A stretch of DNA of 64,000 bases, from the IMG/VR virus record IMGVR_UViG_3300033068_001577; one strand, 5' to 3'. Below, piece by piece: positions 54,758 to 64,000 of the stretch. The position numbers were made by a program, and so were the translations under genes. Below the pieces are notes generated by a model. The model had not been told where the DNA came from. It worked only from the letters and a program-made list of their open reading frames with translations, and made no database searches. The stretch comes from an uncultured virus (IMG/VR IMGVR_UViG_3300033068_001577). Taxonomy: Duplodnaviria; Heunggongvirae; Uroviricota; Caudoviricetes. The number at the start of each line of letters is the position of its first letter. The stretch's first letter is position 1.

Positions 54758-57616
54758 TCAGCCTTTCCGAATGGTCGTTGTGGACTTGGCCGCAAGGCCC
54801 TTTCCATCCCGAATTATCACAGTTTCCTTGGGCGCGGCTATGATCTCGGCAAGCCGCTGGTTCTGGTCCCCGAGAATGGCGAGCCCTTCCATTATCTTGT
54901 CCGTCTTGTCGTCCTTGGCCGGTGCTGCTGCGGCTGCGGCGGCTGTTTCAGCGGCGTGCTGTTTGGCCAGCAGGTCCAGCTCCTTCATGCGCAGGTCGAT
55001 CAACTTTATGCTGCGGTCGACTTCGCGCACGGCCGCGTCGCTCGCTGCCTTGGCCTCCGCAAGATCGGCGGCATGCTTGGCCTCGCGGTCTCTCCCCGCC
55101 TGTTCGAGCAGCGCCACCTGCGTGTTCACATACGCCTTGTGATCGGCCGTCTTCTGTTCCGTGTCCGCGTGTGCACGAATACGTTCCAGTTCCGCTGCGG
55201 CCTGAGCCTTGTCGGCGCGAACCTCGGCCTCGATTTCGGCGAGTTTGGCAAGGCCCTGTGCGTTGATCTGGTCGCGCCTGATCTGCAACTCTTCGCGCCG
55301 AAGACGAAGGTCCTCCTCCTGGGCGGATTTCTTGAGGTCCGTGTTGACGCGAAGCTCTTGCTTGCGCAGATCCAGGTCTTCGAGCGCCTTCATCCGCGCG
55401 GTATCGGCTTCCTGCGCCTTGATGCGCAGCGACTCGCGCTCGTTCTGGATGATCGGGTCTTCGAGCTGCTCCTTGATCTTTTGCTGCTGCGCCTCGGCTG
55501 TGTTCTTGTCGAGCAGCTTTCCCGCCGCCGCGGCGGCCAGCCGGCTGAGCTCGTATTCGATGTCTTCGGGCAGGGGCTCGCCGGGCGGCGGCAGCGGCAC
55601 GCCCAGCTGCTCCTCGATCTCCTGCCGATACTGGAACGCCAGGTGTTCAAGGATATGGGCGTTGGCTGCCGACATGATCGCCGGGGCCTGCGGGTTGTTG
55701 GTCAGCATCTGCACGATCTTGGGGTCTTCGGCCGCCGCCATATGGACGGTGATGTGCGCGGCGTGATCCTGCATGATGCCGGCGCGCACGGGCTTGCCGG
55801 TGAGGATGTCCATGTTCTCGGTGACCGGGTCGCGCGGCAGCACATCCTCGTCGGGCGGGATATAGTAGTCGGCCTTTTCGGAGCCGAGCACCGTAATCAT
55901 GTCGCGGTGGACGTTTTTCAGGTTGTAGATATTGGGCGCGGTCTGCGTCAGCTGGATGATCGACTGCATGACCATGATGCGCTGCGCCATGGTCGCGGCA
56001 TTCGGGTCGGCCACCGGGATGACGTCGACGGCATCCGAATAGTCCTGTTCGCGCGTCGCCTGGGCGTCGCGGCTGTCGAGCTCGAACGGGTAGGGCACCG
56101 TGCCCATGAAATCCTTGATGATCTCGGCAAGGATGCGGAACTCGTTCTTGAAGCTCTCGTAGAGACGCTTCTGCACCGCGCTCATCACCTTCATCGAGCG
56201 TTCGATGATGGCGAGCGTGGTGCCGACCGGCATGTTCTGGCCGGTCATGTCGGTGATCTTCATGTCGGCAACCGAGCCGAGGCGCCGCCCCTCGTCGACG
56301 ATCTGGCCGAGCAGCGCCGCGAGCACGGTGCTCGGCTCGCCATAGGGCAGCGGGAAGAAGCTCTCCTTGAGCGTTCCCATGCCGACATCGACATCGCGCC
56401 ATTCGCCCGGGCCGATCGGGGAGGAGTCGTCCTTGACCCGCGCCTGCTTGGTCTTGTAGCCGGCCGGAAGGTTGGCGAGCGTGCCGGCATCGACCAGTTG
56501 GCGGAGGATCGAGGTCGCGCTCTCGGTCAGGCCGCCAAGGATATTGATGAGGCCGATGCCGTAGGGCCCGAAGCCGGGCATGTATTTGTGCTGGACCAGC
56601 GTGCGCTGGCGTTCCATGGCCTTGTCGCCTTCGCGCCAGTTGCGGCGGATGCCGAGGACCTTGCGGCTGATGCTGTCGACAGTGATGATGTAGGGGTGCT
56701 GACCGTCGTCGGCGACCGTCGGGTCCTTGCCGTCGAACGACCAGTCGGTGTGGCATTCATAGAGCCGGTGCAGGCGGTCGTCGGGGGTGTTGCCGTTCTG
56801 CTTACCCTCGATCTTGTCCTTTTCTTCGGTGATCTCGGTGTGGCGCACCGTGCCTTCGCCGACCTCGACATCGCGATAGAAGCCGCTGCGGATCTGCGCC
56901 TCGATCCAGTTGCGCGTCTTAGGCAGGATCACTGTGAAGCGCGGCGTCGAATCGAGGCTCGCCGCGGTATAGGGCATGACGAGATGCTCGGGCAGCACGT
57001 ATTCGGCCGCCGGGAACCCGCGCCGTTCGTCGAACCGCCACTTACGGAAGGTCGTCCCCGCCATCGGCAGGTTGAACAGCATCATGTCGGTTTCTTCACG
57101 GTAGCCCGTGATCTTCTCGCCGAGCTGCCAGTTCATGTCGTGGCGGATGCGCCCCGACTGCCGTTCCTTCTCGTCGGTGATGCGCCCGACGATCTCGGTC
57201 TTGACCGGCCCGCCGGCCGGGAAGATGTCGCTCATGGCCTGGGCGTTGAAGCGGATGACGCTCTCAAGCAGCAGCGGATGGAATGCGCCGCAGGCGCCCT
57301 CCCACGGCTCGGTGCGCTCCTCGTACTTGAGGCCGAGGAGGTTCAGCCCGCGCGCATAGGTCCTGCGCCACTCGGCTCGGCTGCGCTCGTCGTCCTCGAC
57401 CAGCATGTAGATTTCGCCGCCGAGGCGATCGAGCTCCTGGTCGGTGAACAGGGCGGTGAGATTGTCGGCAAAACCGAGGTCCGAGACGGGTGCTTCGGGT
57501 CGCGGGTCGAAATCGACCACGGCGCCGCCGTCTTCGGTCTGGGTGATGGCGGGTCCGGCAGCGAAATCGGGGTCGGCCATTTCGATCCCGAAACCCTTCG
57601 TCGCGGCGTCAACCAT
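54758..57616 (-). CDS. portal protein with long C-terminal coiled coil
   Basis: Follows terL; SR.EW......GL.LLG...E....PW.GA....HP.L.E....F.A; LRQLVDAGTL.NLP.G; PVGTTLA..E; charged helical tail. Confidence 0.85.
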   Translation of the reverse strand: MVDAATKGFGIEMADPDFAAGPAITQTEDGGAVVDFDPRPEAPVSDLGFADNLTALFTDQELDRLGGEIYMLVEDDERSRAEWRRTYARGLNLLGLKYEERTEPWEGACGAFHPLLLESVIRFNAQAMSDIFPAGGPVKTEIVGRITDEKERQSGRIRHDMNWQLGEKITGYREETDMMLFNLPMAGTTFRKWRFDERRGFPAAEYVLPEHLVMPYTAASLDSTPRFTVILPKTRNWIEAQIRSGFYRDVEVGEGTVRHTEITEEKDKIEGKQNGNTPDDRLHRLYECHTDWSFDGKDPTVADDGQHPYIITVDSISRKVLGIRRNWREGDKAMERQRTLVQHKYMPGFGPYGIGLINILGGLTESATSILRQLVDAGTLANLPAGYKTKQARVKDDSSPIGPGEWRDVDVGMGTLKESFFPLPYGEPSTVLAALLGQIVDEGRRLGSVADMKITDMTGQNMPVGTTLAIIERSMKVMSAVQKRLYESFKNEFRILAEIIKDFMGTVPYPFELDSRDAQATREQDYSDAVDVIPVADPNAATMAQRIMVMQSIIQLTQTAPNIYNLKNVHRDMITVLGSEKADYYIPPDEDVLPRDPVTENMDILTGKPVRAGIMQDHAAHITVHMAAAEDPKIVQMLTNNPQAPAIMSAANAHILEHLAFQYRQEIEEQLGVPLPPPGEPLPEDIEYELSRLAAAAAGKLLDKNTAEAQQQKIKEQLEDPIIQNERESLRIKAQEADTARMKALEDLDLRKQELRVNTDLKKSAQEEDLRLRREELQIRRDQINAQGLAKLAEIEAEVRADKAQAAAELERIRAHADTEQKTADHKAYVNTQVALLEQAGRDREAKHAADLAEAKAASDAAVREVDRSIKLIDLRMKELDLLAKQHAAETAAAAAAAPAKDDKTDKIMEGLAILGDQNQRLAEIIAAPKETVIIRDGKGLAAKSTTTIRKG

Positions 57617-60237
57617 CAGTAGTACCTCTTGCGCATGAAGCGGCGCGGCTCAGCTTCTTCCTCAACATCGTTGGCGGTGGCCACGAGGTTGCCGGCGCGG
57701 AAACGTATCATCGCCTGCACGGTGCTGTCCACGTAGTCGTCATGGGCCCCGCCGGGGAAGTCCGAGAGCTCCGTTTCCACCTCCTCGGCCCAGCGCCGGG
57801 CCGGGCGCCAGACATAGCGCGAAGCGAACACATCGGAGATGGTATTGGCGCGGGCGATCTTGTCGTTGCTGACGCCGCGCTGGCCGCGGCCATAGCTGAA
57901 ATTCTCGACGGCGATACCCATCGACCTCAACTCCTGAATAAGGCTCGAGCCCGAGCCCTTGTCTTCGATCAGGAGCGTGTCGGGCCGGTCCTCGTCGTAG
58001 AACTCGCGCACTTTCTTTTTGAGCTCGGGAAATTCCAGCCGCGCCTTCCAGGCGCTGAGCATGATGATGTGGTTGACCTCGAGGCCGGTCACGGGGTCCT
58101 CGGCCTTGAACACGCCCCAGCTGGTGAAGGCGCTGAAGTCGGCGCGCTGGTTCTTCTTGATGGCGGTGTCCCAGCTATGGAGGATGTACTCGCAGGCCGG
58201 GGGTTCGAGGTTCTGCCAAGCGCCCGCGTGCCTCGGGCCCGGGCACGTCGCCCGGCCGGCCTCGACATCCTCGGTCTTGTCCTCGCCCCAGATGCGCCAG
58301 TATTCGCGCTTGAAGATGGCGCTCTGGCCGCTGACCGGGTTCTGCTGGTACTGCGACTGCCAGGCGCTGACCGGGAGCGCGGCGCGCGTCGCCTGCTGGG
58401 TTTCGAGCGGCCAATAGGCCGGCCACAGCGCCCGCTCGTTGGGCGTATTCTCATCAAGAATGGCCGGGAACTCGATCTGCTCCCACTTGTCGGCGACGAC
58501 GCTGTCGTCCTCGGCCATCTTCTGGAGCAGCCGGCCGGTCAGGTCGCGCTTGGACCAGCGCGTCTGGACGAGGATGATCTTGCCGTTGGGCTGCAGGCGC
58601 TGGCGCGGGCCGTAGACGTACCACTCGTAGACCTGGTCGAAGACTTCCGGGTTGGAGATGGCGAGCTTGGCTTCCTGTTCGGAATTGTGCGTGACGATGT
58701 AGCCTTCGCCGGCAAGGAACAGCCCGTCCTCGCGCTCGACCGTGATGCAGCGCACCGGGCCGCGCTGGTCGGTTTTGCGGATCGTGATCGACCGCCCGCG
58801 CCGGCTGGCGTGACGCAACCGGTCGCGCTTGCGCGAGATTCGCGCTGCGTCCTGCATCTGGAACGTCACCCGGTAGGTCGGGTTCTCGGTCGCGAAACCG
58901 GTGCGTGTCGGTTCAATGCGCTGGATTGTGCCCGTGCGCACACCGAAGCTCAGCACCAGTTGCTGCACGGCCTCAACCAGCGCGCGGTCGGTGTTGTCGA
59001 AACTGCACTGGCCGGCCTTAGAGACGGTGCCGTCGCTGTCCATCAGTCCTTGCAACAGAGCCACGCGCTGGCGCGGGGACGCCACCATATAGCTCGGTGG
59101 CACCCGCTTGCGCCCAAGAAGATCCATGGTTCGTAGCAGTGACCACAGGCCGAGCACGCCGAAGCTGCGTTCGTCCTTCAGGTCGCTCGTGGCGTAGCCG
59201 GCGGCTTCGAACTGTTCGCGCACCCACACGGTGTCGTCGGGGTGACTCGTGATCCTGGCCGCTTCGGCTGTGCCGTTGCCGAGCCAGTAGCCGAGGACGT
59301 AAGGGTCGATCGGCAGCGACTGCTCGGGATACTCAACCGGTGCAACGGTCGGCAGGATCGGGTTGTTCGCCAGCTGCCGCGCGACGATGCGCTCGGCGCT
59401 TTCCGTTCGGAACGGTGCCGAGACCTTGGTGTCGCTGCGGTATGTCCACAGATGCGCGGCATCGCACAGGATCTTCGAGCCATCGGGGGCGATGACCTCG
59501 TAGAGCGGCCGGTCGTTCCAGACTTCGGACACAGCAATGACCTTGGTCGGCTTACCGTCGGGGCCGAAGACCTCGTCGCCAACTTCTATGTCACCTATCG
59601 CTATGAAACCTTCTGGTGTTGGAAGTAACGTTGAAGTATAGAGGGCGTGCGGATCGTCAATTACAAGTAAGTCTGCCCCGCGGCCTGCAATCTTGCCGCC
59701 CACGCCAACAGCATAATACTCGCCGCCATGAGTAGTGTGCCAGTGATAGGCCGCGCCGGAGTCTTTCGCGAGGTCCAGTTCCGGGAAGACATCATGGTAA
59801 GGGTCGAGGCCCTTCTTCTCGGTCGCGATGGCTTCTCTGGAAATGACGTTTCTCACGCGCCGGCCGAAGCCCGATGCCAGATCCTGCGTGTTCATACATT
59901 GCATGATCTTGGCTTTCGGGTTGTGGCCGAGAAACCAGGTCGGCAACAGCCAGCTCGTCATCTCGGACTTGCTGTGCCGCGGCGCGATGTTGATGATCAG
60001 CCGCTTGGACTTACCGAAGACGATCCGCTCGTAAGCCTCGGCCATCAGGGTGTGGTGCGCGCCGAGGACGACATCGGGCCACATGCGCTGGACATACTCG
60101 ATGAACCGCGTGCGCGCGGCGGCGAGCTGCTGCTCCTTCTCGCGCTCCTCGAGCAGATCGAGGACGCGGCGCTTCTCGGCCGCGTCCAGGTAGTCGAGAT
60201 TGCGCCGGAGGCGTTCTAGATCGGTGTCGGAAAGCAA
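57616..60237 (-). CDS. terL: terminase large subunit containing an intein
   Basis: IINIAPRHSKS (Walker A), GRGADLLVIDDPH (Walker B), QTRW...DL.G, YQQ.P, SWDTA, IEDK.SG, HDDYVD. Confidence 0.93.
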   Translation of the reverse strand: MLSDTDLERLRRNLDYLDAAEKRRVLDLLEEREKEQQLAAARTRFIEYVQRMWPDVVLGAHHTLMAEAYERIVFGKSKRLIINIAPRHSKSEMTSWLLPTWFLGHNPKAKIMQCMNTQDLASGFGRRVRNVISREAIATEKKGLDPYHDVFPELDLAKDSGAAYHWHTTHGGEYYAVGVGGKIAGRGADLLVIDDPHALYTSTLLPTPEGFIAIGDIEVGDEVFGPDGKPTKVIAVSEVWNDRPLYEVIAPDGSKILCDAAHLWTYRSDTKVSAPFRTESAERIVARQLANNPILPTVAPVEYPEQSLPIDPYVLGYWLGNGTAEAARITSHPDDTVWVREQFEAAGYATSDLKDERSFGVLGLWSLLRTMDLLGRKRVPPSYMVASPRQRVALLQGLMDSDGTVSKAGQCSFDNTDRALVEAVQQLVLSFGVRTGTIQRIEPTRTGFATENPTYRVTFQMQDAARISRKRDRLRHASRRGRSITIRKTDQRGPVRCITVEREDGLFLAGEGYIVTHNSEQEAKLAISNPEVFDQVYEWYVYGPRQRLQPNGKIILVQTRWSKRDLTGRLLQKMAEDDSVVADKWEQIEFPAILDENTPNERALWPAYWPLETQQATRAALPVSAWQSQYQQNPVSGQSAIFKREYWRIWGEDKTEDVEAGRATCPGPRHAGAWQNLEPPACEYILHSWDTAIKKNQRADFSAFTSWGVFKAEDPVTGLEVNHIIMLSAWKARLEFPELKKKVREFYDEDRPDTLLIEDKGSGSSLIQELRSMGIAVENFSYGRGQRGVSNDKIARANTISDVFASRYVWRPARRWAEEVETELSDFPGGAHDDYVDSTVQAMIRFRAGNLVATANDVEEEAEPRRFMRKRYY
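58684..59646 (-). mobile_element. class 3 intein (321 aa) with in-frame LAGLIDADG endonuclease
   Basis: Starts ALYTSTLLPTP, CDAAHLW, PYVLGYWLGNG, LLQGLMDSDG, VRCITV, IVTHN then Ser+1; removal gives IDDPH-SEQEA. Confidence 0.9.
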
Positions 60238-60486
60238 CTATGCCTTCTTGCGGCCGCGCTTCAGGCTGCCGCCGGGCTTGCCGTCACCGTCATGGTCGAA
60301 TGCCGCGAAGCCGACGGGGTCGGCCGTCGCGGCGAGCATCTCGGCGCTGTAGACGTCGACGACATTCGGAATGCCCTTGAGGTTCTCGGGACTGTCGGCG
60401 CGGGCGATCGGCTCGCCCTCGGCATTGACGCCGATCCAGTCGTCGCCGAGATCGTCGGTGAAAGCGTTGAGGCGTACGGTCTTCAT
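60238..60486 (-). CDS. small protein with DxDxDG motif
   Basis: FDHDGDGKPGGS plus basic tail; AAGGA RBS. Confidence 0.6.
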   Translation of the reverse strand: MKTVRLNAFTDDLGDDWIGVNAEGEPIARADSPENLKGIPNVVDVYSAEMLAATADPVGFAAFDHDGDGKPGGSLKRGRKKA

Positions 60487-60500
60487 GGTCGTTTGTCCTT

Positions 60501-60809
60501 TCAGGTCCTGGGTTGCCAGAAGCGTTCCGGCGGGTCGAAGTTCCATGGGTCGGGCTCATCGCGCCGGATCTCGCGGTCGATGTCGGTGACCGCGAGCGAG
60601 CGCGGCTTGAACTTCTGGTGCTCGATATAGCCGCGCTTGCGCAGTTCGCGCACGGCCTGGATGACCGTGGTCGAACTGATCAGGCAGGCGTGCTGCAGCT
60701 CGCTCATGCTGGGGGATTCGCCATAATCCATAATGGCTTCGCGGATCGCGGCATAGACGCGCACATAGTGCGGGCGCAGCGTCGGGTCGTAATGGACGTA
60801 GGTCGTCAT
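60501..60809 (-). CDS. LexA-like winged-helix DNA-binding protein (no peptidase domain)
   Basis: I.....YG.SPS..EL....ISS...V...V..L.KRGYI......PRSL. Confidence 0.7.
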   Translation of the reverse strand: MTTYVHYDPTLRPHYVRVYAAIREAIMDYGESPSMSELQHACLISSTTVIQAVRELRKRGYIEHQKFKPRSLAVTDIDREIRRDEPDPWNFDPPERFWQPRT

Positions 60810-61006
60810 CAGGGTGCAGCAGTCCAGTGTGCTGGATTACAGGGCTGCGAAACTAGCGCAGCTTCACTGGAAAGGAAAGACCCCGTTGGCCGGTCCGTCC
60901 TGATGGTAGCCCTGGGCCGGCGCATCGGGGCGGAGCGCCTCGTAGGCCGCGCCGGCAAAGGACAGGATCACGATCAGGATGATGGCGAGGCCGGTCGCTT
61001 CGGGAG

Positions 61007-61243
61007 TCATGTCCGATCCCTGAAGCCGGTGGTTTCGGGGATCAGCGCCAGCTGTGCCTCGGCCTCGCGGCTCGGCTGCACCTGGTTGTCCTCGCACCAG
61101 TGAATGAGGCTCCGCCGGTTGCCCTTCCAGCTCTTGACCATGTCCCATCTGCCGTTCGGCTGCAGGCGCTGCACGGCCCAGCTGTCGCCGGTGCGGTGGG
61201 CTCTTGTCTTCCTGTCGAGGAGGATGGTGGCGTCTTGGGTCAT
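61007..61243 (-). CDS. hypothetical protein
   Basis: ATGA overlaps at both ends. Confidence 0.55.
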   Translation of the reverse strand: MTQDATILLDRKTRAHRTGDSWAVQRLQPNGRWDMVKSWKGNRRSLIHWCEDNQVQPSREAEAQLALIPETTGFRDRT

Positions 61244-61545
61244 CGCGCCGTGGTGTTGTTGATGAAAAACTGCTTTGCCAGCTCACAAAGCGCGATGTTG
61301 CCGTAGTCGCCGAGATGCTCGCCCCGCCCGAAGATCGTCGGGTAATCGCCGGGGTTATCGACGATCAGCAGCACCGATTCCGCGGTCACCGTGCCTTCGT
61401 CGAGCATGTCGGCAAGCAGGCGCAGCTGCCCGGGGATGTCCGAGAGCGCCGGGCCCAAGGTGATGACGTCAGCCGTGGCGCCGTCAGCGGGGGTCTCCGG
61501 TTTTGACTGCGCGGTAGGTGTGAGCGAGACGATCTCGGCTGTCAT
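61240..61545 (-). CDS. hypothetical protein
   Basis: GAGGA RBS; DIPGQLRLLAD pattern. Confidence 0.6.
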   Translation of the reverse strand: MTAEIVSLTPTAQSKPETPADGATADVITLGPALSDIPGQLRLLADMLDEGTVTAESVLLIVDNPGDYPTIFGRGEHLGDYGNIALCELAKQFFINNTTAR

Positions 61546-61573
61546 GTCGTGGGTCCTCGGCGGTTTCGTCAGG

Positions 61574-62329
61574 CTATTGGGTTGGGGTCGGGGGTGTCAA
61601 CCGGGGTCGTCTTTGCAACGGGTGCCTGCCTTTTTTGACGAGATATAGCGTGCTTAACGAGACGCCATATCCGGCGGCTACGCCGGCATCTATGCGTGGC
61701 AGGCGCGCGATCTCCGCTAGCTGCGCTAACGACAATTTGTAGCGGGTTCGCGGGGCGTATTTTTTCGGGCGCACCTTCTTCTGGCGCGGTTTTCGCGGTG
61801 TGTGCTTTTTGCTGTGCGTCTCGGTAGCGACCTTTACGAAGGCCCCCGCGCTAGGCCACGCGCCCGGTTCTCTGGCGTACCGTACCGTGGACACCGATAC
61901 CTCGTAGTTGGCGGCTATAGCGCGCAAACTGCGTGCGTCCAGCCTTATTGCCCTGACGTCTGCCTCGGTCAGTTTGGCATTGTGGTGCTGTTCACCTCGG
62001 GGTGAACGACCTTTGGCGGCCATGTCGGCGGCGTTGTCTGCATCGGATCCTACGAACAGATGCGCCGGGTTAACGCAGGCGCGGTTGTCGCAGGTGTGGC
62101 ACACGCAAAGGCTTCGTTTCGATGCACTATCGGGCAGCGCGCCATGTGTCAGCAACCATGCCCAACGGTGGGCGCGGTCAACCGACCGCTTAAAGCTCGC
62201 TACGCCGTAGCCGGCTTTTTCCACGTACCCGGTCCATAGCCAGCAATCATCGGTCTTGCGAACTCGCGACCAGAAAGACGCCTTAAAACGCTCTAGGTCG
62301 GGGTCTGTCAGGTGGTGGGCTGTGCGCAC
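61574..62329 (-). CDS. free-standing HNH homing endonuclease
   Basis: FWSRV....CWLWTG...GYG...AHR.AW...[17 protein letters not shown]...DN..DM..KGR; C-terminal HTH-like repeats. Confidence 0.9.
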   Translation of the reverse strand: MRTAHHLTDPDLERFKASFWSRVRKTDDCWLWTGYVEKAGYGVASFKRSVDRAHRWAWLLTHGALPDSASKRSLCVCHTCDNRACVNPAHLFVGSDADNAADMAAKGRSPRGEQHHNAKLTEADVRAIRLDARSLRAIAANYEVSVSTVRYAREPGAWPSAGAFVKVATETHSKKHTPRKPRQKKVRPKKYAPRTRYKLSLAQLAEIARLPRIDAGVAAGYGVSLSTLYLVKKGRHPLQRRPRLTPPTPTQ

Positions 62330-62666
62330 GGTTTTTAGCTTTTTGTAAAATTTTGCAGTTTTCTGTACGCAATGAACTAATCGTTGTCAACGGGTCTGCG
62401 TCTTGACATGTTGGGCACAACCGAGGGACCCGCACACATACAGGGGCTCCCCCACCCTGCCACCCCCACCTGGGATCCGCCAGCCGACAACCCGCACCTT
62501 CCACCTTCCAGCCCGTAACCGACTCGTTACGCTTCCAGCCGAACGAGACCGACCGGACCTGGCACCTCGCAACCAACACCCGTAACCGACCAGCTACCGA
62601 TCAACGCAAACGATTGCATCGGCTGGCCTACCCCCTCGCATTGTAGAGTGAGGCACACCCCCTCGA

Positions 62667-62715
62667 TTAACCGGATGTAGGTTAACGTGCTGGTGTTAAC
62701 CGGATGCAAGTTAAC
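62667..62715. repeat. two 20-bp direct repeats with TTAAC half-sites
   Basis: TTAACCGGATGTAGGTTAAC (62667-62686) and TTAACCGGATGCAAGTTAAC (62696-62715), 18/20 identical. Confidence 0.8.
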
Positions 62716-62798
62716 AGGCTCGAGCGTGACGGGATGCCGTGACGGCGCAACCTGGCAGCTGCAAGGCTGCAGGCTGTCAGGTCACATGATCCAGGCTG

Positions 62799-63338
62799 TC
62801 AGGTGGTGGGCTTGCGGCGCCGGTCCGATGCGGCTGGCTTGGCTGTCGCTGTGCCGTCAATAGTAGTTGTGAACGAGTCGAGGCGACGCTTTAGTTCTGC
62901 GTCGATCTCTTCTGTCGTGCGAGACTTACGCTCCGGCTCGTTGGTCGGGCGGAACAGGTCGACGCCAGCCATCTGGCCGAGGAGGTGGAAGGCTCGCAAC
63001 TGTACTGCTTCTGACTTGGCCGTTGTTGCTATTCTACTTATGCCTTGGGACACGAAGTCTCTTGTTATCAGTGGAGCAAGAGTTGCCTTTGCGTCGCGCT
63101 CAATCCTGAGTTGCCGGATCTTAGCTTGGATACTCGGCATAGCGGCCAGCTGTGCCGCCCGGACTGACGCGTTACGTTGTGTTTCGCCTGCACCGTAGCC
63201 GGCTGCTCTGTACGCCTCTATGTAGTTCATGCCCGAAAAGACATGTGAAACAAAGAGTTGCTGTTGCGAGGTCAAACCTTCCAACGCATCCTCGCCCAAC
63301 TGGGCAATAGCCGCCGGTCTGAACCCGCCAGTTGACAC
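62799..63338 (-). CDS. terS: terminase small subunit
   Basis: LT.QQ..FV.....G.....AYRAAGY.......A..L...P.I...I..LR; A..LLG...G..LF. Confidence 0.8.
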   Translation of the reverse strand: MSTGGFRPAAIAQLGEDALEGLTSQQQLFVSHVFSGMNYIEAYRAAGYGAGETQRNASVRAAQLAAMPSIQAKIRQLRIERDAKATLAPLITRDFVSQGISRIATTAKSEAVQLRAFHLLGQMAGVDLFRPTNEPERKSRTTEEIDAELKRRLDSFTTTIDGTATAKPAASDRRRKPTT

Positions 63339-63457
63339 CTGCTACACGCTCCGCTCTAGGCCGTAAGCGCCCGGATAGCATAGCCGTTCGCCCGCTCGCA
63401 AGCCTAGCACATACCGGGCTTATTGCACTCAGTGCAACATCTTTCACGTCACGGCGC

Positions 63458-63488
63458 TTGACAGGTGAATGAATAGATGGATTACTAA
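63458..63488 (+). promoter_or_regulatory. putative early promoter
   Basis: TTGACA at 63458 with an AT-rich, non-consensus -10 region; divergent from terS. Confidence 0.4.
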
Positions 63489-63539
63489 GCGCATCGGGCC
63501 GACTGATTTGGCCTGCCAACCGCAAGAGGACGCACTGAC

Positions 63540-63779
63540 ATGAACGCTGTAACCATTCACGAATCCGGCCGCGGCGCTGACCGACTGCAAGTCGTCAGCT
63601 ACGGCAACGGGCTGGCCTACGCTTTCAACTTTGGCGAGGCCGGCGCTCCGATGCGCAACATCTACCTGCAGGGCGAAGACGCAGCCGATCTGCGCGACGA
63701 ATTCGACGCTATCGAAGCGCGCGAGCCCGAACGGCTGTCGCGCGACATTTGGGACTCGCTACTCGACCCGTACCTTTGA
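63540..63779 (+). CDS. hypothetical early protein
   Basis: AGAGGA RBS; 79-aa ORF. Confidence 0.65.
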   Translation: MNAVTIHESGRGADRLQVVSYGNGLAYAFNFGEAGAPMRNIYLQGEDAADLRDEFDAIEAREPERLSRDIWDSLLDPYL

Positions 63780-63811
63780 CCTGCCAACCCTGACCTAGAG
63801 GACACCAAACC

Positions 63812-64000
63812 ATGACAACCAAACCCCTAGCATTCCCTGACACGTTCGGCACGTCCGCCTATGTAGGCGAGACCTTGACCCTCGAGCACAAGGGCTTTCG
63901 CATCACTGCGACGATTGAAGCCGACGACGACATGACGCCCCCTTGGGAGCGCGAAGACGGGCACGGGCCCGTTAGTCGTCACATGCGCCATGCGTTCGGC
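63812..64000 (+). CDS. hypothetical early protein (runs off window end)
   Basis: AGAGGA RBS, ATG at 63812, open to the end; D.D..PPWE..DGHGPVS motif. Confidence 0.6.
   Translation, partial: MTTKPLAFPDTFGTSAYVGETLTLEHKGFRITATIEADDDMTPPWEREDGHGPVSRHMRHAFG

Larger units (their letters stand above)
1..64000. mobile_element. dsDNA tailed phage genome segment (podovirus-like, probable alphaproteobacterial host)
   Basis: Terminase, portal, capsid, tail/ejection, lysis and replication modules fill the window; no tape measure, sheath, integrase or host housekeeping genes recognised. Confidence 0.95.

Noticed and set aside
60230..60245. Stop-codon readthrough or genetic-code reassignment fusing the upstream ORF to terL (TAG TTG in frame)
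   Set aside because: An AAGG RBS precedes the TTG, stop-start adjacency recurs elsewhere (8936/8937, 38439/38440), TAG ends genes normally, and no suppressor tRNA is present
62667..62715. Canonical CtrA box or mini-CRISPR array
   Set aside because: TTAA units are 10-11 nt apart rather than 7; only two repeats with a 9-bp gap, and no cas genes

Overview
The whole window is high-GC phage DNA from a dsDNA tailed phage, probably podovirus-like. GcrA-, MucR- and GapR-like genes point to an alphaproteobacterial host. No host chromosomal genes, integrase or CRISPR array are visible. Layout: early/accessory and replication genes at ~1-20.5 kb (two DNA methyltransferases, Acb2-like protein, tRNA-Lys, SNF2 helicase, VRR-NUC, exonuclease, SSB, family A DNA polymerase, primase-helicase); a lysis cassette at 20.5-22.1 kb; a long minus-strand packaging/virion module at 22.1-63.3 kb (terS, terL, portal, GroES, scaffold, major capsid, tail and ejection proteins, a 2879-aa polyvalent protein); and the start of another early region from 63.5 kb. 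The most striking locus is polA, which carries two related inteins in different states. One is naturally split, with a free-standing GIY-YIG gene between its halves. The other is contiguous, but its HNH-like endonuclease is encoded in the +1 reading frame while the intein frame stays open. TerL has a class 3 (Ala-start, WCT) LAGLIDADG intein. Three more free-standing endonuclease genes each sit beside a synonymously recoded stretch of an essential gene. All family assignments come from motif recognition by eye; no searches were run.
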